Positions 25,701-38,400 of a stretch of DNA of 64,000 nt are shown here, piece by piece. This DNA is from Podarcis filfolensis (Eukaryota). The DNA is taken from assembly GCA_964270895.1 (NCBI GenBank), contig OZ185443.1; one strand, 5' to 3'. The position numbers and the translations under genes are program-made. The notes below the pieces were generated by a model. That model was given only the letters and a program-made list of their open reading frames with translations. It had not been told where the DNA came from and searched no databases. Every line of letters begins with the position of its first letter. Position 1 is the stretch's first letter.

Positions 25701-28700
25701 TGGCAGATGTGACTTTCCCAGCTGTGCCCCAGGTTGTCTCTCTCTTGCTGTATGACGACACTGCTAAAAGCAAAGGAAACCCCCAGCCTCCAACTGGCTA
25801 CCCTGTTGTGTGTGTAACGGTATGCTCTGCTCTGCCAGCTCTTCTCCAGATTATATTTTCTAAAGGTCTGCTACTAGCTGGGAAGTGAACACTTTCTGGA
25901 TGTGTAAAACAGTGGCATGGATCCCCTTGGGAGGTGGTGGACTCTCCTTCCTTGGAGGTTTTTAGGCAGAGGTTGGATGGCCATCTGTCATGGATGCTTC
26001 AGTTGAGATTCCTGCATTGCAGGGGGTTGGACTAGATGACACTTGGGTTCCCTTCCAACTCTACAGTTCTATGACTCTGTGATTCTATAATCTCCTTAGC
26101 TCTCCTGGAGGCTTAAGGCATGCATTCAGTTTCAGTACTTAGAATTACACACCTCATTTCTCGAGAACTGATATTTGGCATTTTATAGCAGTTTCAGTTT
26201 TCAGAGCATATTATGATCTTCATTTTGCATGCCCGTGAGATGAGTCACTTTTACTCCCATTTCACAGGTAGAAAACTGATGTAAAGAGATAGTAAGATGC
26301 TCAATACCACTCAATGAGCCGTCCATAGAGGTTGTATCCTATCCAGGTTCTTACTTTTCTGTTTTGGGAAACTGAGGCCAGTTTAAACTTATTAAACTTT
26401 CAAGCCCTGGCTCACAATTGGATGAAAGCACAAGAAGAAATGAACTTCAGTTCCTGCCTTTTTTCTGACTTTAGCTAATGCATGGTATGATTTACATATA
26501 TTATATGACACAGGTTTCTTTTCCTTCCAAGCACCTGGAAGGCATCTGAGCTGTGATAAACTGACTGCTTTCCACAGTATCAGACTGTTAATTTTATATG
26601 CCACACACATTAAGATTCAATTCCTCAATTATTATGAAACTAAAATGCAGCATCTATGGTGATGAAACCAGTAGCAAGAAAAAAAAATGAACTTCTTAAA
26701 TACTAATGCAACATGAGGAAAAATACATTTTACTTAGAATTTGATCTGAATTATTTACTTTCCTGGAGCATGTTTAGATATAACTCAATGGATTCATTGT
26801 ATGTTTCTATTTAACTTCAGGCATGCAACCCCAAATATTCAGATTATGACAAGACTGGATCTATTTGTGCTGCTGAAAACATCAATGACACGCTGACTTT
26901 GTATCGCTGGCTTGTCAGCGCTCCAAGTGGCAGTGATGGGGTTACCAGTCCCATGCGAGAAGTGGACTCCAACACCTTCTTCACCAACACCAAGTCCATT
27001 GCCTTGGACTCCATATATTTCCAGGCTGGTTCGAGGGTCCAGTGTGCAGCACGTGCTGTCAATGCCAATGGAGATGTGGGTTTAGAATTACTGAGCCCAA
27101 TTTACACAATAAACAGAGGAGAAGGTAAGGAAGCAGAAAGTCTTCATGAATGAAGTAAAATCTAGAGGTTTTTGTGAAGCTGAAATAGATGTTTGTTTCA
27201 AAGGGCTTTTTCATAGTTCAAGGACACACACACCGGATGTGAAGCACGGGATGTAGGGGATGTGGTTGGGGAGGGGGGTCTATTCTGGGGAAAGTTTGGG
27301 GGCCAAATAGAAAAGCTTGGAGGGCCACATTCAGATCCAGTCCTGAGGTTCTCATCCTCTGCAAAGTTGTATAGTATATGCCTGCTTCTTGTAGCGCTTT
27401 CACCTTAATGAAATGGGTGGAAAGGCTATGGAAATCAGTGACTTTGCATGCAGGGATGTTATGGCCGTTTTGCCGATGTGCTGAGCCAAGCCATGGTTTG
27501 ACTGAGCATGTCATCCAACCTCTGGCTTATGTTTCATTTCCCCTGCTGAACTACAAGCTGTAAACCAGAGGGCAAACCTTGGTTGTAGCCCATCACATAT
27601 TTTGTCCTGTTATCATATTTTGCACTTCCACCAAGGGTTTCCTTACATCTTGCAGCTGAAACTATAAAGTAGGCAAGTTCCATAATCAAAGCAAAGAGCT
27701 CTGTTCTCACATGTCGGCTCTGCAACCTGCTGGAACTGGATGTTCTAATCATATATGGATGAGTATATGGATCATACTTGTGGGTAGGTGGGGAGCAGGC
27801 ACAGGCCCAATATAACTTAGTTTCATCATCAGGAAGTGAAATAAAAGGGCAATCTCAGTCCATACAGCAGTTCCTGTGAATGAGAGACCAAGATGGCGCC
27901 AATCCAATGCTTCTGTGATGCATATTATAGCTTCTGTCTTTCCTGTGGAGGTAGAGGAAAGCTTCATCCCATACTGGTTCCTGTCCTATTGAATTGGGGG
28001 GGGGTGCTGCTGCATGGAACAAAAAGGGCCCCTGCTGCTGCTACCACTCAGGTAAACTGGGGCTGTGCCCAATAGTGTTGGCTTCACAATCAAATCAAGA
28101 GTATATTATGTCAACCATAAGATTACTTGTGTTTTCAAAGTATCAGCATTTATAAATTTGGTTCTTCCAAGGAAAGATGAAGCAGAATTACTCTCACTTT
28201 GTTTTTAATCAACCTTTTGCCCTTTCCCACGTAGGTTTGTGTCAGCCCCGTATACCAGGAACGGTCGGAGCAGAACCTTTCTCAGCCAGAATACGTTACA
28301 CAGGTCCTGATGATCCTGACTATTCCAACCTGATCAAATTAACAGTTACAATGCCTCATATGGATGGTAAGTAGTAGACACGTGCATTTGATTAATACTG
28401 AACAAGAACTGGTGCAGCACTATCTGTCATCCCAATCACATGACTGGTGATTCAAAACAAAGAGGAGGTACTTATTCACACAGCTAATAGTTAAACACTT
28501 GGATTCACTATCTCAAAGTGGGATGGTGACCACCAACTTAAATGGGTTAAAAATTCATGGAGATAAGGCTACCAGTGGTACTAGTTGTGATGCTATCCTG
28601 CCCCTGAATGTACCAGTTGTTAGGGAAGAACGGGAGACAGCTTTGTCCCTGCCTGTGGAATTCTCATGGTTGTCCACTGTGCAAAACAGGTTGCTTTATA

Positions 28701-31700
28701 TGGCTTGTCTTGCATGTTCTTCTATTTTCAGGGATGTTGCCAGTTATATCAACTAGACCTTTGTCCAACTTTGAGCTGACTCTTAGCCCTGATGGCACTC
28801 GTGTAGGCAATCACAAGTGCTCAAACCTCTTGGATTATAACGAAATTGAAACAACTTACGGATTCATCACAGAGGACACCAAGAACCCAGAAGTGATTGG
28901 AGAAACTTCACCCTACCAGTACAGCAGCGCTGTGCGATCTGCCAAGACCTTGCGTTTCTACCGTAACCTCAATCTGGAAGCCTGCCTGTGGGAGTTTAAC
29001 AGCTACTATGACATGTCAGAACTGCTTACTGACTGCAGTGGCTCCATTGGCACAGATGGTCAGGTATGCTGCGTGCATGAAAAGCAAGCCTATGTAACTG
29101 AAAAGAAAATGCTAGCATTATTCCCAGTTGCATGCACTTGAGTTTGCAGCATGGGAACTTGGGAAGCTGTCTTTATACAAAGACAAACTATTCACCTATC
29201 TAGCCTTATTTATCCATTTATCTGCTCCGAATGGCGGTGGCTATTGTGGGTGAGGTCTTTTACATCCCTCGCTGCCCGACTCATTTAAATGGGCGAGCTC
29301 TGCCACTGAGCACATCTCTATGGAAGCCATGAGGCGATAATTGAGTTTTATATGGCAGCTGAAGGGTATGTTGGCATCTGCTCCATGACTGTACTTAACG
29401 GGTTTGTGGAAGTGGGATTTAGTTTCCTTTCGTGTTTTGCTTTTCTGTGCAATGCTTGATGCATTTCCAATACCACCCGTGTTGTTATTAATGGTCCATA
29501 TCTTATAACAGGTTGAGTTTAAACACCAAATAGCAACTCTTCTGTCGGAAATTAATTTGCTTGGCAAAATGTCATCATTGAGGATTTCTTAAGACATCTC
29601 TGTGGCACACTGAAATAGTCAGGGGGATGGGGTTGCACAAGATTGAAAATCAAGGCTTCTTGAAAAAATACTTTTCTTAGTGTTCCTAAGACTCGGGTGC
29701 CCTAAGAAACTACATTTCCCAAGGAATCTGGTTTCTGGAGCACAGCTGTGTCAGGTATAATGAAGCCCCCTGGTGCTGGTATTTGGCATCTCCACTGCCA
29801 GGTCAGTTTGGGTGAAAGTGGAGGCTAGTGCCAAGCTCATAATGATCCACGCCAAGATTTCAGAGGAGCTTTGGCCTGCTCTTCCCTGGCAAACACAGAA
29901 GCCTAAGATGTTACATTTTGAACCTTGTACTTCCATGCCACTCCGTTGGTGGCTGCAAGCTTCCTTGTTTATCTGTCCTATTAAACCACTCTCTACTGTT
30001 AGCCACAGGTCAGTGCGCTGGAACCAGGTTAATACAGAGCTTGCTAAATCTGAATTGCCTTTAGCACTTAACTCTGATCCTGGTTATACAGGCACACTTG
30101 TTGAGTGCATATACTTGTTACGGTACCTTCAGATTAGGTACAGCATGACAGCCTGGCTGAAAACTGGTACAAACAGCTACCTGCTTGTGGTAGCTGCGTC
30201 TGGTTTTGTTTTTATAGCTTGCACCTGTGCCAGCTGTGCTTTCTTACGCCAATCAGGTTTCGTTCTCATTTATTCAGAGCAGAGCCTGCCGTGAACACAT
30301 GAAGCTAACTTATATTGAGTTCATCATTGACCCATCCATCTCTAACTAGCTGCAGCGTTCTGGTGCATCATATGGAGATCTTTTCCAACCCTTCTAGCTA
30401 AAATATTTGAAATCTGGAGACAGAGACGGGTCCAGTATTTATTTACTGGGGGCAGAGGGCGGAAGTTGGAGCTTTCTGGGATTTTTGAATGCAGATAATG
30501 TGCATGGCCATTGAGCTACGGCCCCTCCCTGATTTGCCAATTATCACAGACCTCCTTTACAGGAATAGTGGCCCAATGTAGGTTTTGCTTCTTCCACACA
30601 AGTCTAACATTCCCATTTGCTGGGCTCCAAGAAACTGCCACAAACAGCATGGCAGTCATGTGCAGTGACTTTCAAATACTTTGCATGACCTCATTAGAAA
30701 CACTATTTGATTTATGACGAACACTGCTCACCTCAGTAACCAAGATGGATGTGGCATGGGAGCTCACTGCATAAACAGCACTGCAGTGACATGGACATCA
30801 CAGTCACTTGCTGGGCAGGCAAGAGTGAGGTCTGGCACACAGTGTGCTCCTGATGAGGGAATGGTATACTGATTTGCACTAATACAGACACAGTCTTCTA
30901 GAGAGCCCTCATGTGAAAACTAATGAATGATTGATCTCATCTATCTTTAAGCTGACTTATTCCCAACTTAAATCCTTACAACATTCCCTTGATTAGTAAA
31001 AGCTGCTGACTGGTAACTCAGCATCTTGTATTGAAACCAACTATTATTGTAAAACTGTAAGGAAAGCAAAATGAAGAGTGTCAAAAACTCGCTTGTGCGG
31101 TCATGTTGGCTCATACCACACACAAAGGTTTCTAGTGGTTTCCCTGCCCCTTCTTTAAAATTCATGACAGTTGTAGCAAAATAGTTCTGTATGTAGTTCA
31201 GCTGTTGGTTGTTTCCAAATGCATATGCTCCCCTGTTAGTCACCTCTGCCCAGTCACCCCCATCTGGACTCTGCTCATTAACTCAGCCTCCCTCCTCTAG
31301 CAGCACCTCTAGAGAACACACACAAGGGTTTAGCATCTTGTAGCTTGAAGCTGCCTAGCAACAAGGCTTGGACTTTTACAAAGGATTCCCAGACTCAGAC
31401 GCAGGCACGTTCTATTTCATATGCAATTAAGTTAATCAGTAGGACCATAACATGATGCTCGTTAGTGAGCATACATGCTCATCTTTTAAACTGTGTGGCA
31501 GTTGCATGCTATATGTGTACATTGGATTTTTGTGTGAAGGACACAAACCTTTTCACCACATGATAAGCCCTTGTCCCTTGAATTTCAAAAGCGACTTTGC
31601 CATGAAATACATGTGGAGCCACTTTCAGAGAGAGAAGCAAAGATTTCCATTTATGTGCTGCTTAAAAGGTAAAGGGTAAAGGGACCCCTGACCATTAGAT

Positions 31701-34700
31701 CCAATCGTGGACGACTCTGGGGTTGCGGCGCTCATCTCGCTTTATTGGCCGAGGGAGCCGGCGTACAGCTTCCAGGTCATGTGGCCAGCATAACTAAGCC
31801 ACTTCTGGTGAACCAGAGCAGCGCACGGAAACGCCATTTACCTTCCTGCCGGAGCAGTACCTATTTATCTACTTGCACTTTGACGTGCTTCCAAACTGCT
31901 AGGTTGGCAGGAGCAGGGACCGAGCAACGGGAGCTCACCCCGTCACGGGGATTCGAACCGCCAACCTTCCGATCGGCAGGTCCTAGGCTCTGTGGTTTAA
32001 CGCACAGCACCACCCGCGTCTCTTATGTGCTGCTTACACACAAGTAAAAGATGCCTGTGTTGACAGCACATTCATTGCAGTAAGTGTATCACTGCAACGT
32101 GGGATTTTATCTTGCAAGTTCAAGGAAGATGAAATATCACATTGTAGTGAATGGGTTAACATTATTTATTCATTCATTATTTTATTTATAGTAGTCATAG
32201 CACAACAACAAGAAGAAAAACATAACAATAAAAGAAAATAACTGTTCAGTCATTAAAAGCAGCAGCAGTAGTATTGTTTCAACTAAATTTTACTCAGAGT
32301 GCTCCTTTTGAAATGAATGGACCTGGCTCAGTTAGGTTTACTCTGAGTAAAACATAGTTGAAACAGTCATGCAGGTGGGAACCCTGGCCTGTTGGTCCAT
32401 GGAGGCTTAAAGATGTCTTCCACCTGTCAGGAGTCACCGCTCTTAACATCATTGTGCATGCAGTAAGCATGGCATAATGGGCTAGACAAGAGCATCTTGA
32501 ATTTTTTGTTGATGATAATTGAAATAAAATTAGGATCATTTACTTGTCATATCAAGGTTGGGAAATCTGTGGCTGCCCAGATGTTACTGGACTCCAATTC
32601 CCATGGAATGATAGAAGTTGGGAATCCAGCATAATCGATAGGGCAAGTCAGTAAGGATTTGAGTTGCATTTTAATTTTGATCAAAGGCTGAGAGACTACT
32701 TTCATTATTGGGTGTTTCTTATTGTTTGGATTCTGAGCAAGTCATAGCATGTATTTATTAATGGCTGGACTTTTGACTGGCCCATTTCTTAACTGCCATG
32801 TGATTTGTTATCAGTGCTGAAAGTTAAGTAAAGGGGAAATGGGAAGCAAGCTTCAGTTTAACTTCCCCAAACTATCTGCATTGTTGTTTCTTTAAATGAC
32901 CATTTCAAGAGCTTAATCATTACCCATTCACTTCCAAAAAGTTGGACCGGAATGCATTGGAGGTCACAAACAATTGTGAGACTGTTAGTATCAACTTAAT
33001 CCTATAATAGGGACTTAGCTGTAACTCCAGATTACACTTTGGGATGACTGTCAAGTCAATTCCAGGGTGTTTGTGTTCTTTGCCAGGGTTGCATCTCAGA
33101 AGCCAGCAAGAGTGTTTGCCTGTCTGCCTGCCGGCTTGGATTTGATCCATGCTTCGTTCTCTCACACTTCAACACAAGCTGCAATTCATTCATAAATCAT
33201 CAAAGTGGATTTCTAATCAAAGCCGGTGAAGTTTGTTCAGGAGCCAACATGTACATACACACACTCAGAACATCTGTCAAACTCACCAACTCAGGACGGA
33301 ATGAGGATGAGACTTAATACCATTCCCAGAATGGTTGTGAAATTGACTTCTCAGGATGCAATCTGAACATAGCATAACCAAATACTATGGTGTTTTGCAG
33401 GTGTTAAATCTGGTCCAGTCGTATGTGACTCTGCGAGTGCCCCTGTATGTCTCCTACGTCTTCCATTCCCCGGCTGCTGTTGGAGGATGGCAGCACTTTG
33501 ACTTGCAGTCTGAGCTCAAGCTCACCTTTGTGTATGATACTGCCATTCTTTGGAAGGATGGCATAGGAAGCCCACCAGAAGCTGAGCTCCAAGGTGATTT
33601 TGCTCAGTTCTTCTTTAATTGAAGCATTTTTATCTACTTTTCAGCTGAAATAGGGTTTCCAGAATGGCTCACAAAGACCAATAATGGCAGCCCCTGCCCC
33701 TGGGTTTACAATGTTGAGTACATTTTACTTTTTATTATTATTACAAATAATTTATTCATCACCTTCAGCACTCTCTGTGTACTCCTCCAAAATTGTACCA
33801 GTATATTGTTTTGGTGGGGAAACATGAAAATTTTGCCCAGAGGAGATTGGTACCCCATGTTTGCAAATAGAGTTATTCCACTGAAATCAAACAATCTGAA
33901 AATCACAGTAAACTGGGATGTACATAGCACCTGATATTCTCAAATGCTACAAGTAGCAAAGCTTTAATACCTTTTTGTATATAGTAATGACAATGGTTGT
34001 TTGAATTTAGGCTCCCTCTACCCAACCAGCATGCAGATCAATGATGAAGGGCGGCTTGTCGTCTACTTTAGGACTGAGATTCGATTCAGAGGGCAATTTG
34101 TGATGTCCCACCCAGGTAAGATTAGCTTTTTGCTTTCTACCTTAGGTATGCAATGCATCTTAAATTCTCCTTATTCTTTTTGGTGGAGATTTTGTTTTGC
34201 TTTTTGTGATCAAAGAGAAGTGAAATATTTCTTTTCAGAGATCATAAGAAGCCCTTGTGTGCCACTGTGTGCTGGATGGCAACATTCATTCTATCATAAA
34301 AACGTGTCCTTTTCCTTGACAGGTACTTCTTTGTTATCAATGGTGATGTCTGCCGATCACCCTGGCCTCACATTTACACTCAGCCTTTCTCAAAGTGAAC
34401 AAACCTTCCACCAGCCTATGCAGCAATGGAAATTTGTCTCAGATTTTGCTGTGAGTGCCAACAATGCAGTTTTCTGTGGTACCTTTCGAGGGGGGCGGGG
34501 AGGCTTGTGGCTGTTACATAATACATTGTTCTTACAACTCTATGATTGGTTAAGCTGATAGATTGTGTGTTCTCCAAAACCAACACATCTGCATATTTTG
34601 TCCAGCATTTTGCTACCCAGCAAGCTTCATGTCTGATTACATGTATGGACATCACTCCTCCAAATTCAACACCATTACAGTGTCCCCTGCTGGGCACAAA

Positions 34701-35463
34701 CTATGGAGAAAGTTATGCCCAATTCACACAGTGCCTCTTGGAATCTGAAATGTAAAATTTTCTCAATTCCAAAAAAAAAATCATCAGTACTTTTTATTCT
34801 TTATTAACTGAACTGGTGTTTTCTTAAGTATTGAATTTAAAGGTTATCATATAGACTTATTGTAGTTCTTTTATTTTCAGATTTTTGGGGTATTGGGTCC
34901 TTTGCTTTGTATGTATTTGGGGTTTTTTATGTTGTAAGCTACTTTGGGCTTCCTTTTGGGGGAGAAAAGCGAAATGCAAATAAATGATGAGATAGTGGAA
35001 GATTTATATACCAAAGATATGTCAGCCTCAACATTGGTTTCGAATGAGAACTTCAGTCACCTGTGATTCTTACTGCTAGAAGGAAAGCCATAATAATGGT
35101 TTCACCTTAATTAAAATATAAAATAACCTGCCAGCTGTGGATGCAGACAGAAATGAACACCAATCTTTTAAGCCCTTTCTTGAATCCTAAGCATATCCAG
35201 CCCTAAACATGTTTGCTCAGAAGTACATCCCATTGAGTTCCGTGGGGTTGCACTTTAGGATTGTAGGAAAACAAAAAGAGTTGCATGATGTGGGTGGGTG
35301 TCAGAATCAGTGAGTCATCTGCTGAGTAGAAGCAGCTGATGCTCTGCTCAGAAGCAGCCACCATGATTCTTAAAAAGTAGATGCCCAAAACAGATGAATT
35401 TAAACAGCCAAGTGAAGCAGTATTATGCTAAAGAGTCCATTGACAAATGTACTATCTTTCTGT

Positions 35464-35495
<32 letters not shown>

Positions 35496-38400
35496 TATTA
35501 AACTAAAGCACTTTTAAACAAAAACTTCATATTCTGATCTTGCACCCCTTATTGTAGGTACGTGACTATTCGGGTACTTACACTGTGAAACTTATCCCCT
35601 GTATTGCTGCACCCAGCCAAGAATATACCCAGCCTGTCATTTGTAGCCCCCGGGAGCCAATCACCTTTGATCTAGATATCAGGTTCCAGCAGGTAAAACC
35701 TCTCTTGTGTTTAATGCTCTCAACAAAGTATTTTGACTGCATTTATCTGGGACATCATGCACACTCCCTTGGCAATTAAATTGAACTAAATTGTTTACTT
35801 GTGCAGCTCATCAGTAGTAGAGTCTGAACTAGTTTTACATACTGTATTTTTTATTTTCCACTGACTTAGAAGAGCTGGTCCTGAATATTTAAAAATCCAC
35901 CAACTTGGGGTGAAGAGTCGGGAGCAGAATTAATGTTTAAATTTACAGATGTTTAAAGTGGGATGTATCCAATGGTGACTTTGAGCTAGCCAAAGCACCA
36001 GATGAGAGACCCCATTTTGCCAAGGTTCTTGCGCTAAGCCGCTATTGGATACAACCAATCTTCTTTGCCATTGACTGTAGTGCTAAACTTGGGTGTGGAA
36101 TTTGATGTCCCACTTGAGTCAAGCCTGCCTTTGAAAATCACAGCCCTGTGATTTTCCTCTCTTCCCATAATTTAGGCACACTTATCTGTGTGCTATGTTT
36201 CCCTGTGTCTTCTCCATATCACTTGGCTGGGAAGGATTGCGGATGGTTACAGGGAAAGAGAAGAGCTCATTTGACATGCCCACCACTTTGGGCAGCAGCT
36301 CCATGTCCCTTTCCACTCTTGAAGTAGAAGAGAGGGCACTTCAGTGAAGAGCTACTAGCTAGCACAAGAGGGATGCATTGTAGTAACTGATTTGGACTGT
36401 ACCACTGATGGTGTCTTGCTGGTCCTTGGTCTCTCATTTTTAACCAGCTGCCTTGAGCATCAAAACTAGCACAGTCCTTTAGTGGTTTGTGAGCTTTTGG
36501 CCCAAAATCCTTCTCCTGGAAGTGCCATAAGATGGGAGGGATCAGCCAAGATTTAAAAGCTATACTGAGCCTAATGAATGGGAAGAAGAGGGGCATAATT
36601 CATTAGTAGTGGTTTATATGCAGAAGGCCCCAGGATCAATGCCCAAATCACCAGTTAAAGGAATGAAGTAAGGAAGTGATGGGAAGGATCTTAGCCTGAG
36701 TCTTCAGAAGCTACTGCTGTTCAGCATAGATAATACAAGCCTAGGTGGACCACTGGTCTCACTCATTATGGTTGTCTTCAAGACTTCTGCACTATATTAT
36801 GAATAGAACTTTCTGATTAAAGTGTGTTTCTTCTAATAAATGGGTTAATGGATTCAATCTGCTTGCACAGACTCTGCTCTTGTGCAAAGAGGTTGTTATT
36901 GTTGCTATTTTCATTTCTATACTGCTTTATAATTTTAAGAAGAAAAATCTCAAAGTGGTTTATGCCCACATTAACACATCAGATAAAACAATCCAGAATA
37001 AAACATTACCAAATAAGTTCAAGTATACAGTCAAAGCAACATAATTAACAGGAAACTAAAATATTATCTTAAAGATTTCAAAAGAAAAATTACTAAAGAA
37101 AGTTAAATATAAAATACACATTTAAATTAGCCGTTTTAAATTTGAAGGGCTAAAGCAAGCAAACTGATGTTGAGCAAGCATCAGAAAGAACTGAAATTGA
37201 GAAACTAATAGCTGACTTTCAAAACAGTGATTCTTTTTCTTTTTATATAGGTCAGTGACCCGGTAGCAGCTGAATTCAGTCTAAACACCCAAATGTTCCT
37301 GTTGTCAAAGAAGGACCTCTGGCTGTCTGATGGCTCCATGGGATTTGGAGAAGGAACAGATGTTGCATTCACAGAAGGCAAAAAATAGATTTACTCTTTA
37401 CATATAGATGCCGGCATGCTACCTTTAGCATCCTGTTAGGATCAATTAATGTTCTTTCTTCTTAATATTATTCTCCACCTTTGACTAATGTTATGACTTC
37501 ATAGTTGAGAATGTGAAAAGGGAATAGAAAAAGGAGGTGTATTTTGAAGGAAGAAGATGCTTTAATAAAAGTTACCAGGAAAAATAACTCTGGTTAGGCT
37601 TCAAGGGTGTTTTAAAGGGTGGTTGTATTTAAGAACAATTTCTTGAGTTTGAAAGTTATTGAACAAAGTGTCCCTGAATGAAATTGCTATTAGAAAGTAG
37701 GAGTCATAGTGTTCATAATGCGTCGCGTACTCAAACTGTTGCTAGGAAAACAAAACCATCTGTTTGATCAGTACTTACGGTAATTAACATCTATAATGCA
37801 GAACCCACTGGGCTTGTGTGGTTGGATATGGGCTGCCCCCTGGTGAGGAAAAGTGGGGTTGCACTCAACAAGTCTTGACAAGATGGTTGTATCTCTGAGA
37901 AATGCAGAGAACGCTTAACTAGGATTGATGTGAAGTCATTCAGCAAGATAAGCTTGTGCAAATTCACTTTAAAATTAGTCAGCACAGTAAGTGAACGCCT
38001 GATTCTACCACCCTGATTGCAAAGTTACTTTGCTAACCAAGTAAGGTTAGCACCATTGTGTACATCATGCAAATTGAGCACAATTGCTTTACAGTGGTAC
38101 CTCGGGCTACATACCCTTCAGGTTACATACGCTTCAGGTTACATACTCCACTAACCCAGAAATAGTGCTTCAGGTTAAGAACTTTGCTTCAGGTTGAGAA
38201 CAGAAATCGTGCTCCGGCAGCACAGCAGCAGCAGCAGCAGGAGGCCCCATTAGCTAAAGTGGTGCTTCAAGTTAAGAACAGTTTCAGGTTAAGTACGGAC
38301 CTCCGGAACGAATTAAGTACTTAACCCGAGGTACCACTGTACACATTTTATTTTATTTTATGTTTTTAATTACATTTATTGTAAAATAAATAATGTTAAT

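Noticed and set aside
29773-30294. 173-aa + strand ORF in FREM3 intron 16
   Set aside because: No domain signature; the flanking FREM3 exons join in frame without it.
31745-32047. Similar ORFs [10 protein letters not shown]... at 31745 and 56361 (and related at 47328/47407) suggesting a small gene family
   Set aside because: All lie within Sauria SINE copies; the similarity reflects the repeat.
38092-38339. Regularly recurring CTTCAGGTT units as a CRISPR-like array
   Set aside because: Units are 9 bp with irregular spacing, inside a TIR/TA-bounded MITE in a vertebrate intron; no cas genes.
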